Notes under the pieces: model-generated
Databases searched by the model: none
Seen by the model: only the letters and a program-made list of their open reading frames with translations
Told to the model about the DNA's origin: nothing
Program-made: the position numbers and the translations under genes
Source of the DNA: Planctomycetota bacterium
GTDB taxonomy: Bacteria; Planctomycetota; UBA11346
Direction of reading: 5' to 3'
Length of the DNA stretch: 64,000 nucleotides
NCBI GenBank assembly: GCA_038231435.1
Contig: JBBRLJ010000017.1
Coordinates: 1 to 64,000, forward strand
Shown here: positions 30,755-48,354 of the stretch, in pieces
How the letters are laid out: the number at the start of each line of letters is the position of its first letter
Position numbering within the stretch: the stretch's first letter is position 1

Positions 30755-30860
30755 GCCAGGGCGCTCGGGTAACGCGCATCACTCCGCCTGCCTGAGGATT
30801 TCAGGCAGGTAATTGCCCGCCGGGGGCATTCCCGGGTCGGCCCGGGCGTATGCTGTGGGC

Positions 30861-31646
30861 ATGAGCACCATGGCCCGAACCACGCAGCCCTCCGTAGTTC
30901 CAGTTCCTGTCAGCGTCTCGAGCGCTCGCGCCGAGTACGAGCGCATCGGGCATCATGTGGTTCGCGGCCTGCTGCCGCTCGCCGAGGTCGAATCCCTGCG
31001 CGAGCATTTCATGCGTCGTCGCGCCGAGGGCGCCAAGCCCGGCGACATGGGCGGCGATCCGGCCAAGGGCGCCAGTGATCCGCTGAACCGCTATCCACGC
31101 ATGATCAACATGCACGACTGGGACGCCCGCACCGATTCATGGCGTAAGGATCCCCGCCTGTTGGCGGCCGCCAGGGATCTGGTGGGCGCCGAACTCGCGC
31201 AGTGCCAGACCATGCTCTACTTCAAGCCCCCGGGCGCGCGCGGGCAGGCCCTCCACCAGGACAATCAGTACATCCGCAAGACGCCCCTGATCGGCTGCTG
31301 GCTGGCGCTCGACCGCTGCGACCAGGCCAACGGCTTCATGACCGTGGTGCCGGAATCCCATCGCCTGGGCGTGCTGCCGGTCGAGGAGGCCGATACCAGC
31401 ATCTCGTTCACGGGCGGCGGATCGGTGCTCCCGGCCGGAGCCAGGCAGGTAGGCATCGACATGGAGCCGGGAGACGTGCTGTTCTTCCACGGCATGACCA
31501 TCCACGGATCCTATCCGAACCGCACCGCCGACCGCTTCCGCCGGGCGCTGATCGTGCATTACCTGGGCGCCTGCGCGGTGGATCTGCCCGAGGACCCGGC
31601 CACCAGCATGGCCGGGCTCGAGGCGCGCAAACGCGGCGCCAACTGA
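30861..31646 (+). CDS. PhyH-family Fe(II)/2-oxoglutarate dioxygenase
   Basis: YFKPPGARGQALHQDN, NGFMTVVPESH, IHGSYPN...FRR. Confidence 0.92.
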   Translation: MSTMARTTQPSVVPVPVSVSSARAEYERIGHHVVRGLLPLAEVESLREHFMRRRAEGAKPGDMGGDPAKGASDPLNRYPRMINMHDWDARTDSWRKDPRLLAAARDLVGAELAQCQTMLYFKPPGARGQALHQDNQYIRKTPLIGCWLALDRCDQANGFMTVVPESHRLGVLPVEEADTSISFTGGGSVLPAGARQVGIDMEPGDVLFFHGMTIHGSYPNRTADRFRRALIVHYLGACAVDLPEDPATSMAGLEARKRGAN

Positions 31647-31657
31647 CGGTTTGTTTC

Positions 31658-31905
31658 GGGGGCTCCGCCCCCGGGCCCCCACGGCCTTTGTCGTCCTTCG
31701 TTCTGCCCCTTCGGGTCAGAACGTTTGCGTGATGGGCTGCGCCCATTGTTCACGCAAACCAGGACTCGGCGGCCGGCTTTTTTGTCGGGGGCTGTGCCCC
31801 CGGGCCCCCACGGCCTTTGTCGTCCTTCGTTCTGTCCCTTCGGGTCAGAACGTTTGCGTGATGGGCTGCGCCCATTGTTCACGCAAACCAGGACTCGGCG
31901 GCCGG
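31658..31905 (+). repeat. Two tandem 129-bp copies of structured REP-like subfamily B (a degenerate third copy follows to about 32010)
   Basis: Near-identical units start at 31658 and 31787. Confidence 0.9.
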
Positions 31906-32040
31906 TGGCTTCGCCACGGCTCAGGCGGGGCTTTGCCCCGTGCCCCGACGGCCTTTGTTGTCCTTCTCTTTTCTGACCGCCGGGCGGCGCCGCGATGGTT
32001 CTCAGGCCGCAGTGGCGAAGCCCTCAGCACGCCCATACTC

Positions 32041-32195
32041 GGGGGCCCCATCGGCAGGCGATGGGGCGGCGCCGAGTGGCGGTCGGCGAAAAAATGGCGT
32101 AGCCATCCGCCGACGATTCCGCCGGCCCCCGGCGGAATCGAGCCACGACAAAGCCGTGGGGTAGGCCCGCAGGGCCGTAGGGGCGGAGCCCCTGA
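32041..32195 (-). repeat. Family A structured REP-like element upstream of the tRNA promoter
   Basis: Same scaffold as 84-243 with compensated stems. Confidence 0.85.
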
Positions 32196-32223
32196 ATGTC
32201 GGAAGCACGTGCTCCTTCCCAAC

Positions 32224-32251
32224 TTGACACCTCGGGGGCCCTATCTATCCT
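32224..32251 (+). promoter_or_regulatory. Sigma70-type promoter of the tRNA-tuf operon
   Basis: TTGACA-N16-TATCCT followed by a C-rich discriminator, about 30 nt before tRNA-Thr. Confidence 0.75.
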
Positions 32252-32282
32252 CCCCATCCCTTCTCGTCCGGGGGAGGGGTCT

Positions 32283-32358
32283 GCCACCTTAGCTCAGTTG
32301 GTAGAGCTACTGTTTTGTAAACAGTAGGTCGCCGGTTCGAGTCCGGCAGGTGGCTCCA
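32283..32358 (+). tRNA. tRNA-Thr(TGT)
   Basis: Cloverleaf with GCCACCT/AGGTGGC acceptor, anticodon loop TT-TGT-AA, GGTTCGA, encoded CCA. Confidence 0.97.
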
Positions 32359-32418
32359 GCCACATTCCGGGGTCTTTCGACGCTCTTTGATATCATGGAT
32401 GTTGTCGGTCGTGCACAC

Positions 32419-32503
32419 GGGTGGATACCGAAGTGGTCAAACGGGGTAGACTGTAAATCTACTGGCTCTGCCTTCGAAGGTTCGAATCCTTCTCCACCCA
32501 CCA
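32419..32503 (+). tRNA. tRNA-Tyr(GTA)
   Basis: GGGTGGA/TCCACCC acceptor, CT-GTA-AA loop, long variable arm, CCA. Confidence 0.97.
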
Positions 32504-32598
32504 CACCCGTGGGCACCTGTCCCTACTCAGGGAGGCACGCCTTCCTGGCTGTTCGAGATCCCGTGCCCACCAAGGCATAGGAGCGAGAGCAGGCACAA

Positions 32599-32672
32599 GC
32601 GGGTGTAGCTCAATGGTAGAGCAGCAGCCTTCCAAGCTGAATACGAGGGTTCGATTCCCTTCACCCGCTCCA
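32599..32672 (+). tRNA. tRNA-Gly(TCC)
   Basis: GCGGGTG/CACCCGC acceptor, CT-TCC-AA loop, CCA. Confidence 0.97.
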
Positions 32673-32706
32673 CCGCACACGCCCGTCCGACGACTCGGGG
32701 CATCAT

Positions 32707-32782
<76 letters not shown>

Positions 32783-32854
32783 CTCGACCCCCATCCAGCC
32801 TTTCTTCTTCTTTTCACCGCCGGCCCTGCAGCCGGCCTCTCAGCGGAGCCTCCC

Positions 32855-34057
<1,203 letters not shown>

Positions 34058-34071
34058 GCGCTCGGCTTGAC

Positions 34072-34105
34072 GCCGGTCCGGGGCAGCCGCCTCGGGCCGG
34101 CTTTT
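34072..34105 (+). terminator. Putative intrinsic terminator/stem after tuf
   Basis: GCCGGTCCGGGGC-AGCC-GCCTCGGGCCGGC followed by TTTT. Confidence 0.55.
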
Positions 34106-34169
34106 GCGTCTCAGTAGATGTCCGAAAGAAGCGGATCGAAGCATCCGAAGCAGAGAGAAAGGGTAGCAC

Positions 34170-34331
34170 ATGGCCAAAGACAAACGCGAGCACGTCATGC
34201 TGGTCTGCGTGGAGACCGGGGATGTGAACTATTACACCAGCCGGTCGAAGACCGCCCAGAAGCTGGAGCTCAAGAAGTACCATCCCAAGCTGCGCAAGCA
34301 CACGCTCCACAAGGAGAAGAAGCGCAAATGA
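34170..34331 (+). CDS. rpmG: 50S ribosomal protein L33 (53 aa; too short for the supplied ORF track)
   Basis: Hand translation gives [53 protein letters not shown]; canonical position between tuf and secE. Confidence 0.95.
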   Translation: MAKDKREHVMLVCVETGDVNYYTSRSKTAQKLELKKYHPKLRKHTLHKEKKRK

Positions 34332-34337
34332 TTTTCG

Positions 34338-34394
34338 GTTGGGGGGCTACGGCCCCCCAACATCGGCCTCCGGCCTGCCCCCCAGACAGCAGGG
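34338..34394 (+). repeat. Family C hairpin repeat just after the rpmG stop
   Basis: GTTGGGGGGC-TACG-GCCCCCCAAC ATC GGCC-TCC-GGCC. Confidence 0.8.
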
Positions 34395-34429
34395 ACACAG
34401 GGTGAGTCAGAGGGAAGCCTTTCACCCAT

Positions 34430-34505
34430 ACGGGGGTAGCTCAGCTGGTAGAGCAGTGGATTCCAAATCCACCGGTCGGGGGTTCAAATCCCTCCTCCCG
34501 TGCCA
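34430..34505 (+). tRNA. tRNA-Trp(CCA)
   Basis: ACGGGGG/CTCCCGT acceptor, GTGGA-TTCCAAA-TCCAC anticodon arm, CCA end; upstream of secE. Confidence 0.96.
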
Positions 34506-34524
34506 TCTCTGGTAGCGTCGATCC

Positions 34525-34941
34525 ATGTATAAATGGCCTCAAGGGCGGGTAATCCGCACCATCTGCCTGATTCTCGCATTGGTCATCGCGGCCGATCTGG
34601 GCTATACCGGCGCATGGGCGAAGTTCACCGCTCCGCTCGATCCCCAGCATGCTTCCGCCCACTATCGTCAGCTGATCCTCGCGGTGCTGTTCACGATCGC
34701 CTCGGTCGGCGCCTTGGTCTCTGGCCTGGTCGCGGCGGGATTCCACCACCGTTCGGTCGAGTTCCTGATCGAAGTCGAGCAAGAGATGGTGAAGGTCGAA
34801 TGGCCGGCGCCGAACACGCTCGTGCGCAGCACCATCGTGATCGCGATCGCGATCGCCATCCTCGCCGGGCTCATCTTCCTCGCCGACTTCGTCTTGTTGC
34901 ATGTGTTGAAATACCTTCTGTCCCTTGGAGCGAATTTCTAA
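34525..34941 (+). CDS. secE: Preprotein translocase subunit SecE (3-TM form)
   Basis: FLIEVEQEMVKVEWP motif; located before nusG. Confidence 0.93.
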   Translation: MYKWPQGRVIRTICLILALVIAADLGYTGAWAKFTAPLDPQHASAHYRQLILAVLFTIASVGALVSGLVAAGFHHRSVEFLIEVEQEMVKVEWPAPNTLVRSTIVIAIAIAILAGLIFLADFVLLHVLKYLLSLGANF

Positions 34942-35483
34942 TGCGGTGGTACGTGCTGAAGGCCGTTTCCGGCCGTGAAAATTCTTGTCGGGACATGATC
35001 CAAACCCAATTGAAGGGGAAGAAGCTCGAGCCGCACGTCGGCCAGATGCTCATCCCCGCCGAGCGCGTGACCGAGGTCAAGCGCGGCAAGAAGGTATCGA
35101 CCGAGCGCAAGCTGTACCCCGGGTACATCTACGTCGAGATGGACCTCAACTTCGACGTGCTCGAGACCATCAACGCCGTCGACGGCGTGACCGGTTTCTT
35201 GGGTGCGGATCCGCGCAATCCGGATCCGTTGACCAAGGACGAAGCCGAGCGCATCGTGCGCATCGCCACCGCCCAGTCGCCCGACGAGCAGCGCAAGGAG
35301 CTGGTCCAGATCCCGTTCAAGGTCGACGATCGGGTCAAGGTCAAGGAAGGTACCTTCGCGGGCATGGAGGGCGTGGTCGCCGAGATCAACGCCACCAAGG
35401 GCGAGCTGCGCGTCATGATCACCGTCTTCGGTCGCCAGACCCCCGTCTGGCTCGAGGTCTGGCAGGTCGAAGCCGCCGTCTAG
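34941..35483 (+). CDS. nusG: Transcription termination/antitermination factor NusG
   Basis: WYVL, YPGYIYVEM, VTGFLG, KOW motif, VFGRQTPV; overlaps the secE stop (TAATG). Confidence 0.97.
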   Translation: MRWYVLKAVSGRENSCRDMIQTQLKGKKLEPHVGQMLIPAERVTEVKRGKKVSTERKLYPGYIYVEMDLNFDVLETINAVDGVTGFLGADPRNPDPLTKDEAERIVRIATAQSPDEQRKELVQIPFKVDDRVKVKEGTFAGMEGVVAEINATKGELRVMITVFGRQTPVWLEVWQVEAAV

Positions 35484-35739
35484 CTGCGGCCGTTCTCGTT
35501 CGCGATGCCGGCATGCCTCGCCTGACCGTGGATGATCCGGCTGGCGGCTTCGGCGCCTTGGCCTCGCAAACGATGACGGTCCTCGCGTGCGGGATGGCGT
35601 GTACAGAGGATGGATAGGGCTTTCCGCTAAATTCCCCTTTGATTTCGGAGTACGCACCTAGACTCCGCGACCCTAATTTCCGGTTCTGCATGGCTGCCGC
35701 CATGACGAATCGACATAAGCGACTGCACTAGAGCGAGTT

Positions 35740-36174
35740 ATGGCCAAGCAAAAAGAAATCGTAGGCACGATCAACCTGGTCATCCCCGGCGGCGGGGCGA
35801 CTCCGGCTCCTCCGGTCGGCCCGGCGCTCGGCGCCAAGGGCGTCAACATCGGCGCCTTCGTCAAGCAGTTCAACGACGCTACGGCGAACTTGAAGGGTGA
35901 GATCATCCCCGTGGTGATCACCGTCTTCAAGGACAAGACCTTCACCTTCATCATGAAGCAGCCACCGGTCAGCGCCCAGGTGCGCAAGGCCGCGGGCATC
36001 GAGAAGGGCGCCGGCAACGCTGGTCCCCTGACCTCGGTCGGCAAGATCACCAAGGCTCAGGTCAAGATGATCGCCGAGAAGAAGATTGCCGAGATGACCG
36101 CGGGCTCGCTCGAGGCCGCCATGAAGACCGTCGCCGGCACCGCTCGCTCGATGGGCGTCACGATCGAAGGCTGA
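35740..36174 (+). CDS. rplK: 50S ribosomal protein L11
   Basis: ATPAPPVGPALG, GTARSMG. Confidence 0.98.
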   Translation: MAKQKEIVGTINLVIPGGGATPAPPVGPALGAKGVNIGAFVKQFNDATANLKGEIIPVVITVFKDKTFTFIMKQPPVSAQVRKAAGIEKGAGNAGPLTSVGKITKAQVKMIAEKKIAEMTAGSLEAAMKTVAGTARSMGVTIEG

Positions 36175-36223
36175 TTCAGCACTTTCCGTTCTTTTCATTC
36201 GGACGTCAGAACATTTTGGACAC

Positions 36224-36262
36224 GTGGGAGACTGGCGGCGCAAGCCCGGTCGTTCGGACCAC
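36224..36262 (+). promoter_or_regulatory. Putative L1-binding autoregulatory mRNA element before rplA
   Basis: GTGG-GAG-[inner hairpin]-...-ACCAC stem with an asymmetric loop, directly before the rplA SD. Confidence 0.6.
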
Positions 36263-36272
36263 AGGAGCATCC

Positions 36273-36986
36273 ATGAGACATCGCAGCAAGCGGTACCGCC
36301 AGCTCGTCGAGGCGACCACCAAGGGTGGTGCCAATCTCCAGGAGCCGCAAGGCGTTCCGACCGCGGTCGGCCTGGTCAAGAAGATGGCCAAGGCCAAATT
36401 CACCGAGTCGATCGACCTCTCGGTCCACCTGAACCTAGACACCAAGAAGGCGGACCAGCAGTTCCGCGGCAGCTTCAGCCTCCCGCACGGGACCGGCAAG
36501 AGCATGCGCGTGATCGTGTTCTGCGATGACGGCGACAAGGTCCAGGCGGCTCTCGCCGGCGGCGCGGTCAAGGCCGGCGGCGAGGACGTGGTCACCGCGG
36601 TCAACGACGGCTTCATGGATTTCGACGTCGCCATCGCGACCCCGAAGATGATGCGCTTCGTCAGCAAGCTCGGCAAGGTCCTCGGACCCCGCGGCCTGAT
36701 GCCGTCGCCCAAGTCCGGCACCGTCACCGACGATGTCGCCACCGCCGTGAAGGAGTTCAAGGGCGGCAAGATCGAATACCGCTCGGACGCCGCCGGCAAC
36801 GTGCACGTCCGCGTCGGCAACTCGACCTTCGAGGAAGCCAAGCTCGCCGATAACATCAGCTCGGTCCTCACCCATGTCAGCGAGCACCGTCCGTCGTCCG
36901 TGAAGGGCGATTTCGTGAAGAACGTCGTCGTCTCGTCGACCATGGGCCCCGGCGTCCGCATCGCCTTCATCCAGAGCCAGGAGTAG
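36273..36986 (+). CDS. rplA: 50S ribosomal protein L1
   Basis: LPHGTGK, LGPRGLMPSPKSGTVT, SSTMGPG; SD AGGAG. Confidence 0.98.
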   Translation: MRHRSKRYRQLVEATTKGGANLQEPQGVPTAVGLVKKMAKAKFTESIDLSVHLNLDTKKADQQFRGSFSLPHGTGKSMRVIVFCDDGDKVQAALAGGAVKAGGEDVVTAVNDGFMDFDVAIATPKMMRFVSKLGKVLGPRGLMPSPKSGTVTDDVATAVKEFKGGKIEYRSDAAGNVHVRVGNSTFEEAKLADNISSVLTHVSEHRPSSVKGDFVKNVVVSSTMGPGVRIAFIQSQE

Positions 36987-36990
36987 TCCC

Positions 36991-37485
36991 ATGCCCAGTG
37001 CCATCAATCAGATGATGCTCGTCGAGGTGAAGGCCTTCATGGGCGACAGCGCCTCGATGATCCTGGTCGACGCCTCGCGCCTCAAGAGCAACGAGAACCT
37101 CAAGATGCGCAAGGATCTGCGCGGTATCGGCGCGAAGTTCAAGGTCGCGAAGGTCGCGATCCTGCAGCGCGCGGTGCCCGCTGGCGCCGCCAAGATGTGC
37201 GAGGGCACGCGCTCCTCGCTCGGCGTGGTGCTCGCCCCCGACATGGTCGCCGCCGCGAAGATCGTCGCCGATCTCGCCAAGGAGGACAAGGTCGCCGTGC
37301 GCGGCGGCCTGATGGATGGCGCTGCGCTCACCGCGGCGCAGATCACCCAGATCAGCCAGCTGCCGAGCAAGCAGCAGCTGCGCGGCATGCTCGTCAACAT
37401 CCTCGCCTCGCCGATGTCGCGGCTGGCGCGCGTGCTGGCTGCCATCGCCGAGAAGAAGCAGGCCGGCCCCGGCACCGCGGCCTGA
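36991..37485 (+). CDS. rplJ: 50S ribosomal protein L10
   Basis: Position in rplKAJL; MRKDLR..FKVAK and LPSKQQLRGML. Confidence 0.92.
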   Translation: MPSAINQMMLVEVKAFMGDSASMILVDASRLKSNENLKMRKDLRGIGAKFKVAKVAILQRAVPAGAAKMCEGTRSSLGVVLAPDMVAAAKIVADLAKEDKVAVRGGLMDGAALTAAQITQISQLPSKQQLRGMLVNILASPMSRLARVLAAIAEKKQAGPGTAA

Positions 37486-37557
37486 TTCCGATTACCGACA
37501 CCCCCTGACACCCAACACCAACATTCACCGCGGCCATCGCCGCACCCGGAGTATCTC

Positions 37558-37935
37558 ATGAGCAAGTTCGATCAGTTCCTTTCGGACGTGGACGGCTGCA
37601 CCGTCATGGAGCTCGCCGAGCTCGTCAAGTCCCTCGAAACCAAGTGGGGCGTGAGCGCGGCCGCCGCGGCCGCTCCCGCTGGCGGCGGTGCCGCCCCCGC
37701 GGCCGCCGAGGAGGCTCCGACCTCCTTCAAGGTCACCCTCGTCGCCGGCGGACCGAACAAGATCCAGGTCATCAAGGTCATCCGCGAGATCTCCGGGCTC
37801 GGCCTCGCCGACGCCAAGGCGTTCGTCGAAGGTGCGCCCAAGATGGTCAAGGATGGCCTCGAGAAGCCGGCCGCCGAGGAGCTGGCCAAGAAGATCAAGG
37901 ACACCGGCGCCGACGTGAAGGTCGAGGGCGCGTAA
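37558..37935 (+). CDS. rplL: 50S ribosomal protein L7/L12
   Basis: Ala-rich hinge; KIQVIKVIREISGLGLADAK. Confidence 0.98.
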   Translation: MSKFDQFLSDVDGCTVMELAELVKSLETKWGVSAAAAAAPAGGGAAPAAAEEAPTSFKVTLVAGGPNKIQVIKVIREISGLGLADAKAFVEGAPKMVKDGLEKPAAEELAKKIKDTGADVKVEGA

Positions 37936-38165
37936 AGGGGGGTCCGGGGCTCGTGCCCCTGCTCCTAAGCCCTTGCCAAGGGCCCCTTACCGGACACTCC
38001 TCGCGCAGGAGTCAACCGGTTGGGGGCCTTGTCTTCGCTATCCAGGTCGCTACCCTCTGATCCCCTTTTGGAGCGCCCCTCCCAGGCCTACCGGCCACGG
38101 ATGAGCGCCCCACGTTCCAGTCGATGCCGGCAAGCGCTGCCGGGGTCGGCCATGAAGAGGTATCC

Positions 38166-42002
<3,837 letters not shown>

Positions 42003-42113
42003 AGTCCACCGGGCCGACGGAGCTCACTGCTCCCCGGCCCGGCCCGGCCCTTCCCTCCCTCACTTTTTCTCAACGGCTGACACGGAAGCATCTTCCGAAG
42101 AAAGCGCCCACTC

Positions 42114-46272
<4,159 letters not shown>

Positions 46273-46286
<14 letters not shown>

Positions 46287-46653
46287 TCAGCTGATCCGCA
46301 AGGGCCGCCAGGCCGCGAAGAACAAGACCAAGAGCCCCCAGCTCGAGAAGAACCCGTTCAAGCGCGGCGTGTGCCTGCAGGTCAAGACCATGACCCCGAA
46401 GAAGCCGAATTCGGCGCTGCGCAAGATCGCACGCGTGCGGCTCTCGAACGGCAAGGAGATCACCGCGTACATCGGTGGCGAGAAGCACAACCTGCAGGAG
46501 CATTCGCTCGTGCTGGTGCGCGGCGGTCGCGTCCACGATCTGCCCGGCGTTCGCTACCACATCATCCGCGGCAAGCTCGACTGCCAGGGCGTCCAGGGAC
46601 GCATGCAGAGCCGCAGCTGCTACGGCGCCAAGCGTCCGAAGAAGAAGGCCTAA
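46273..46653 (+). CDS. rpsL: 30S ribosomal protein S12
   Basis: (M)[28 protein letters not shown] start with AAGGAG SD inside the rpoC 3' end. Confidence 0.98.
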
Positions 46654-46654
46654 A

Positions 46655-46706
46655 GTTGGGGGCTTCTGCCCCCGACATCGCGCTCCGCGCTGCCCCGCAG
46701 GCAGCA
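46655..46706 (+). repeat. Family C hairpin repeat just after the rpsL stop
   Basis: GTTGGGGGC-TTCT-GCCCCCGAC ATC GCGC-TCC-GCGC. Confidence 0.75.
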
Positions 46707-46823
46707 AGGGATGCTGGGTTTAGACATCAGAGATTTTCCGTCATCTTCCACTTACCACATCCCAGCGGCACTGCCGCAGTACCTCCGGTCATCTGACCGG
46801 GACCAGGGAACGAAGGATAGAAC

Positions 46824-47462
<639 letters not shown>

Positions 47463-47487
47463 TCTGCCTCCATCCGTAAAGGATGCG

Positions 47488-47518
47488 AAAGACCCCGGCT
47501 TTTGGCCGGGGTTTTTTT
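47488..47518 (+). terminator. Intrinsic terminator after rpsG (possibly bidirectional)
   Basis: AAAG-ACCCCGGC-TTTTG-GCCGGGGT-TTTTTT. Confidence 0.88.
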
Positions 47519-47582
47519 ATTGGTTGGCCGCCTGGCGCGCCGAGGCATGAGAACCTGGAAGCTGAAGCGTTGAAGATGTTCC

Positions 47583-48278
47583 CTATCGCCACTCCGAACT
47601 CTTCCACCGCACCGCGTTCCTCCAATCACCATTCCCCGGCGTGGCCCTCTTCCCCAATCCATGGCCATCGCAGAAGAGGATGTTCACCCTTCCCCGATGC
47701 CGGGAATCATCGACGCCTGAATACACCGCGTGACCCCACTGGCCCATCCCGGTCTCCTTGGCGATCGCGTCGATGAAGAGCACGAGCTCTGATTGATCGC
47801 TCGCAGAGCCCAGGCAGTAATGCCGCGGCCGTCCATCGGCATCGAGATAGCTGTTCATCTTGAAACTCTTCGGCATGGCGTTGGTGAAGACCTCGGCTGG
47901 ATGGCCATGGAAGCCCGCGCATTGGAAGATGCCGGTGCGGGCGCCGGATCGCTCGGAGTCGATGTAGGGCGGTAGCCGGCAGAACCATGCCGGGCTGCGC
48001 TGCGGGTCGTCGACGCCGAAGTTGGCCTCGGCGGGTAGACACTCGTTCCATTCCTCGGCATAGGTAAGCGCGGCCATGCCTACCTGGCGCAGATTGCCCA
48101 TGCAGCAGGTGGCGATGGCGTAGCGCTGGATGGGAGCGAGCGCCGAGCCCAGGAGGGAGCCCAACAGGGCCAAGACCACCAAGACCACCAACAGCTCAAT
48201 GAGCGTAAACGCCGTCCGACCGGTGGGTCCGGGGTACGACGAGCTAGCACACGAGCAATAACGCATCGAATGATTCAT
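47583..48278 (-). CDS. Prepilin-type N-methylation domain protein with H-X9-DG C-terminal motif (DUF1559-like)
   Basis: AFTLIELLVV, CMGNLRQVG, RHRGRVNILFCDGH. Confidence 0.88.
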   Translation of the reverse strand: MNHSMRYCSCASSSYPGPTGRTAFTLIELLVVLVVLALLGSLLGSALAPIQRYAIATCCMGNLRQVGMAALTYAEEWNECLPAEANFGVDDPQRSPAWFCRLPPYIDSERSGARTGIFQCAGFHGHPAEVFTNAMPKSFKMNSYLDADGRPRHYCLGSASDQSELVLFIDAIAKETGMGQWGHAVYSGVDDSRHRGRVNILFCDGHGLGKRATPGNGDWRNAVRWKSSEWR

Positions 48279-48313
48279 TCGATGCGAGATGTAATGAACG
48301 ATTCAACCGTTAC

Positions 48314-48337
48314 AAGTGAACCTTCATAGGTTCACTT
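48314..48337. promoter_or_regulatory. Perfect dyad, possible operator, upstream of the prepilin-like gene
   Basis: AAGTGAACCT-TCAT-AGGTTCACTT in an AT-rich intergenic patch. Confidence 0.5.
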
Positions 48338-48354
48338 AGACCCATGGGCAGGGA

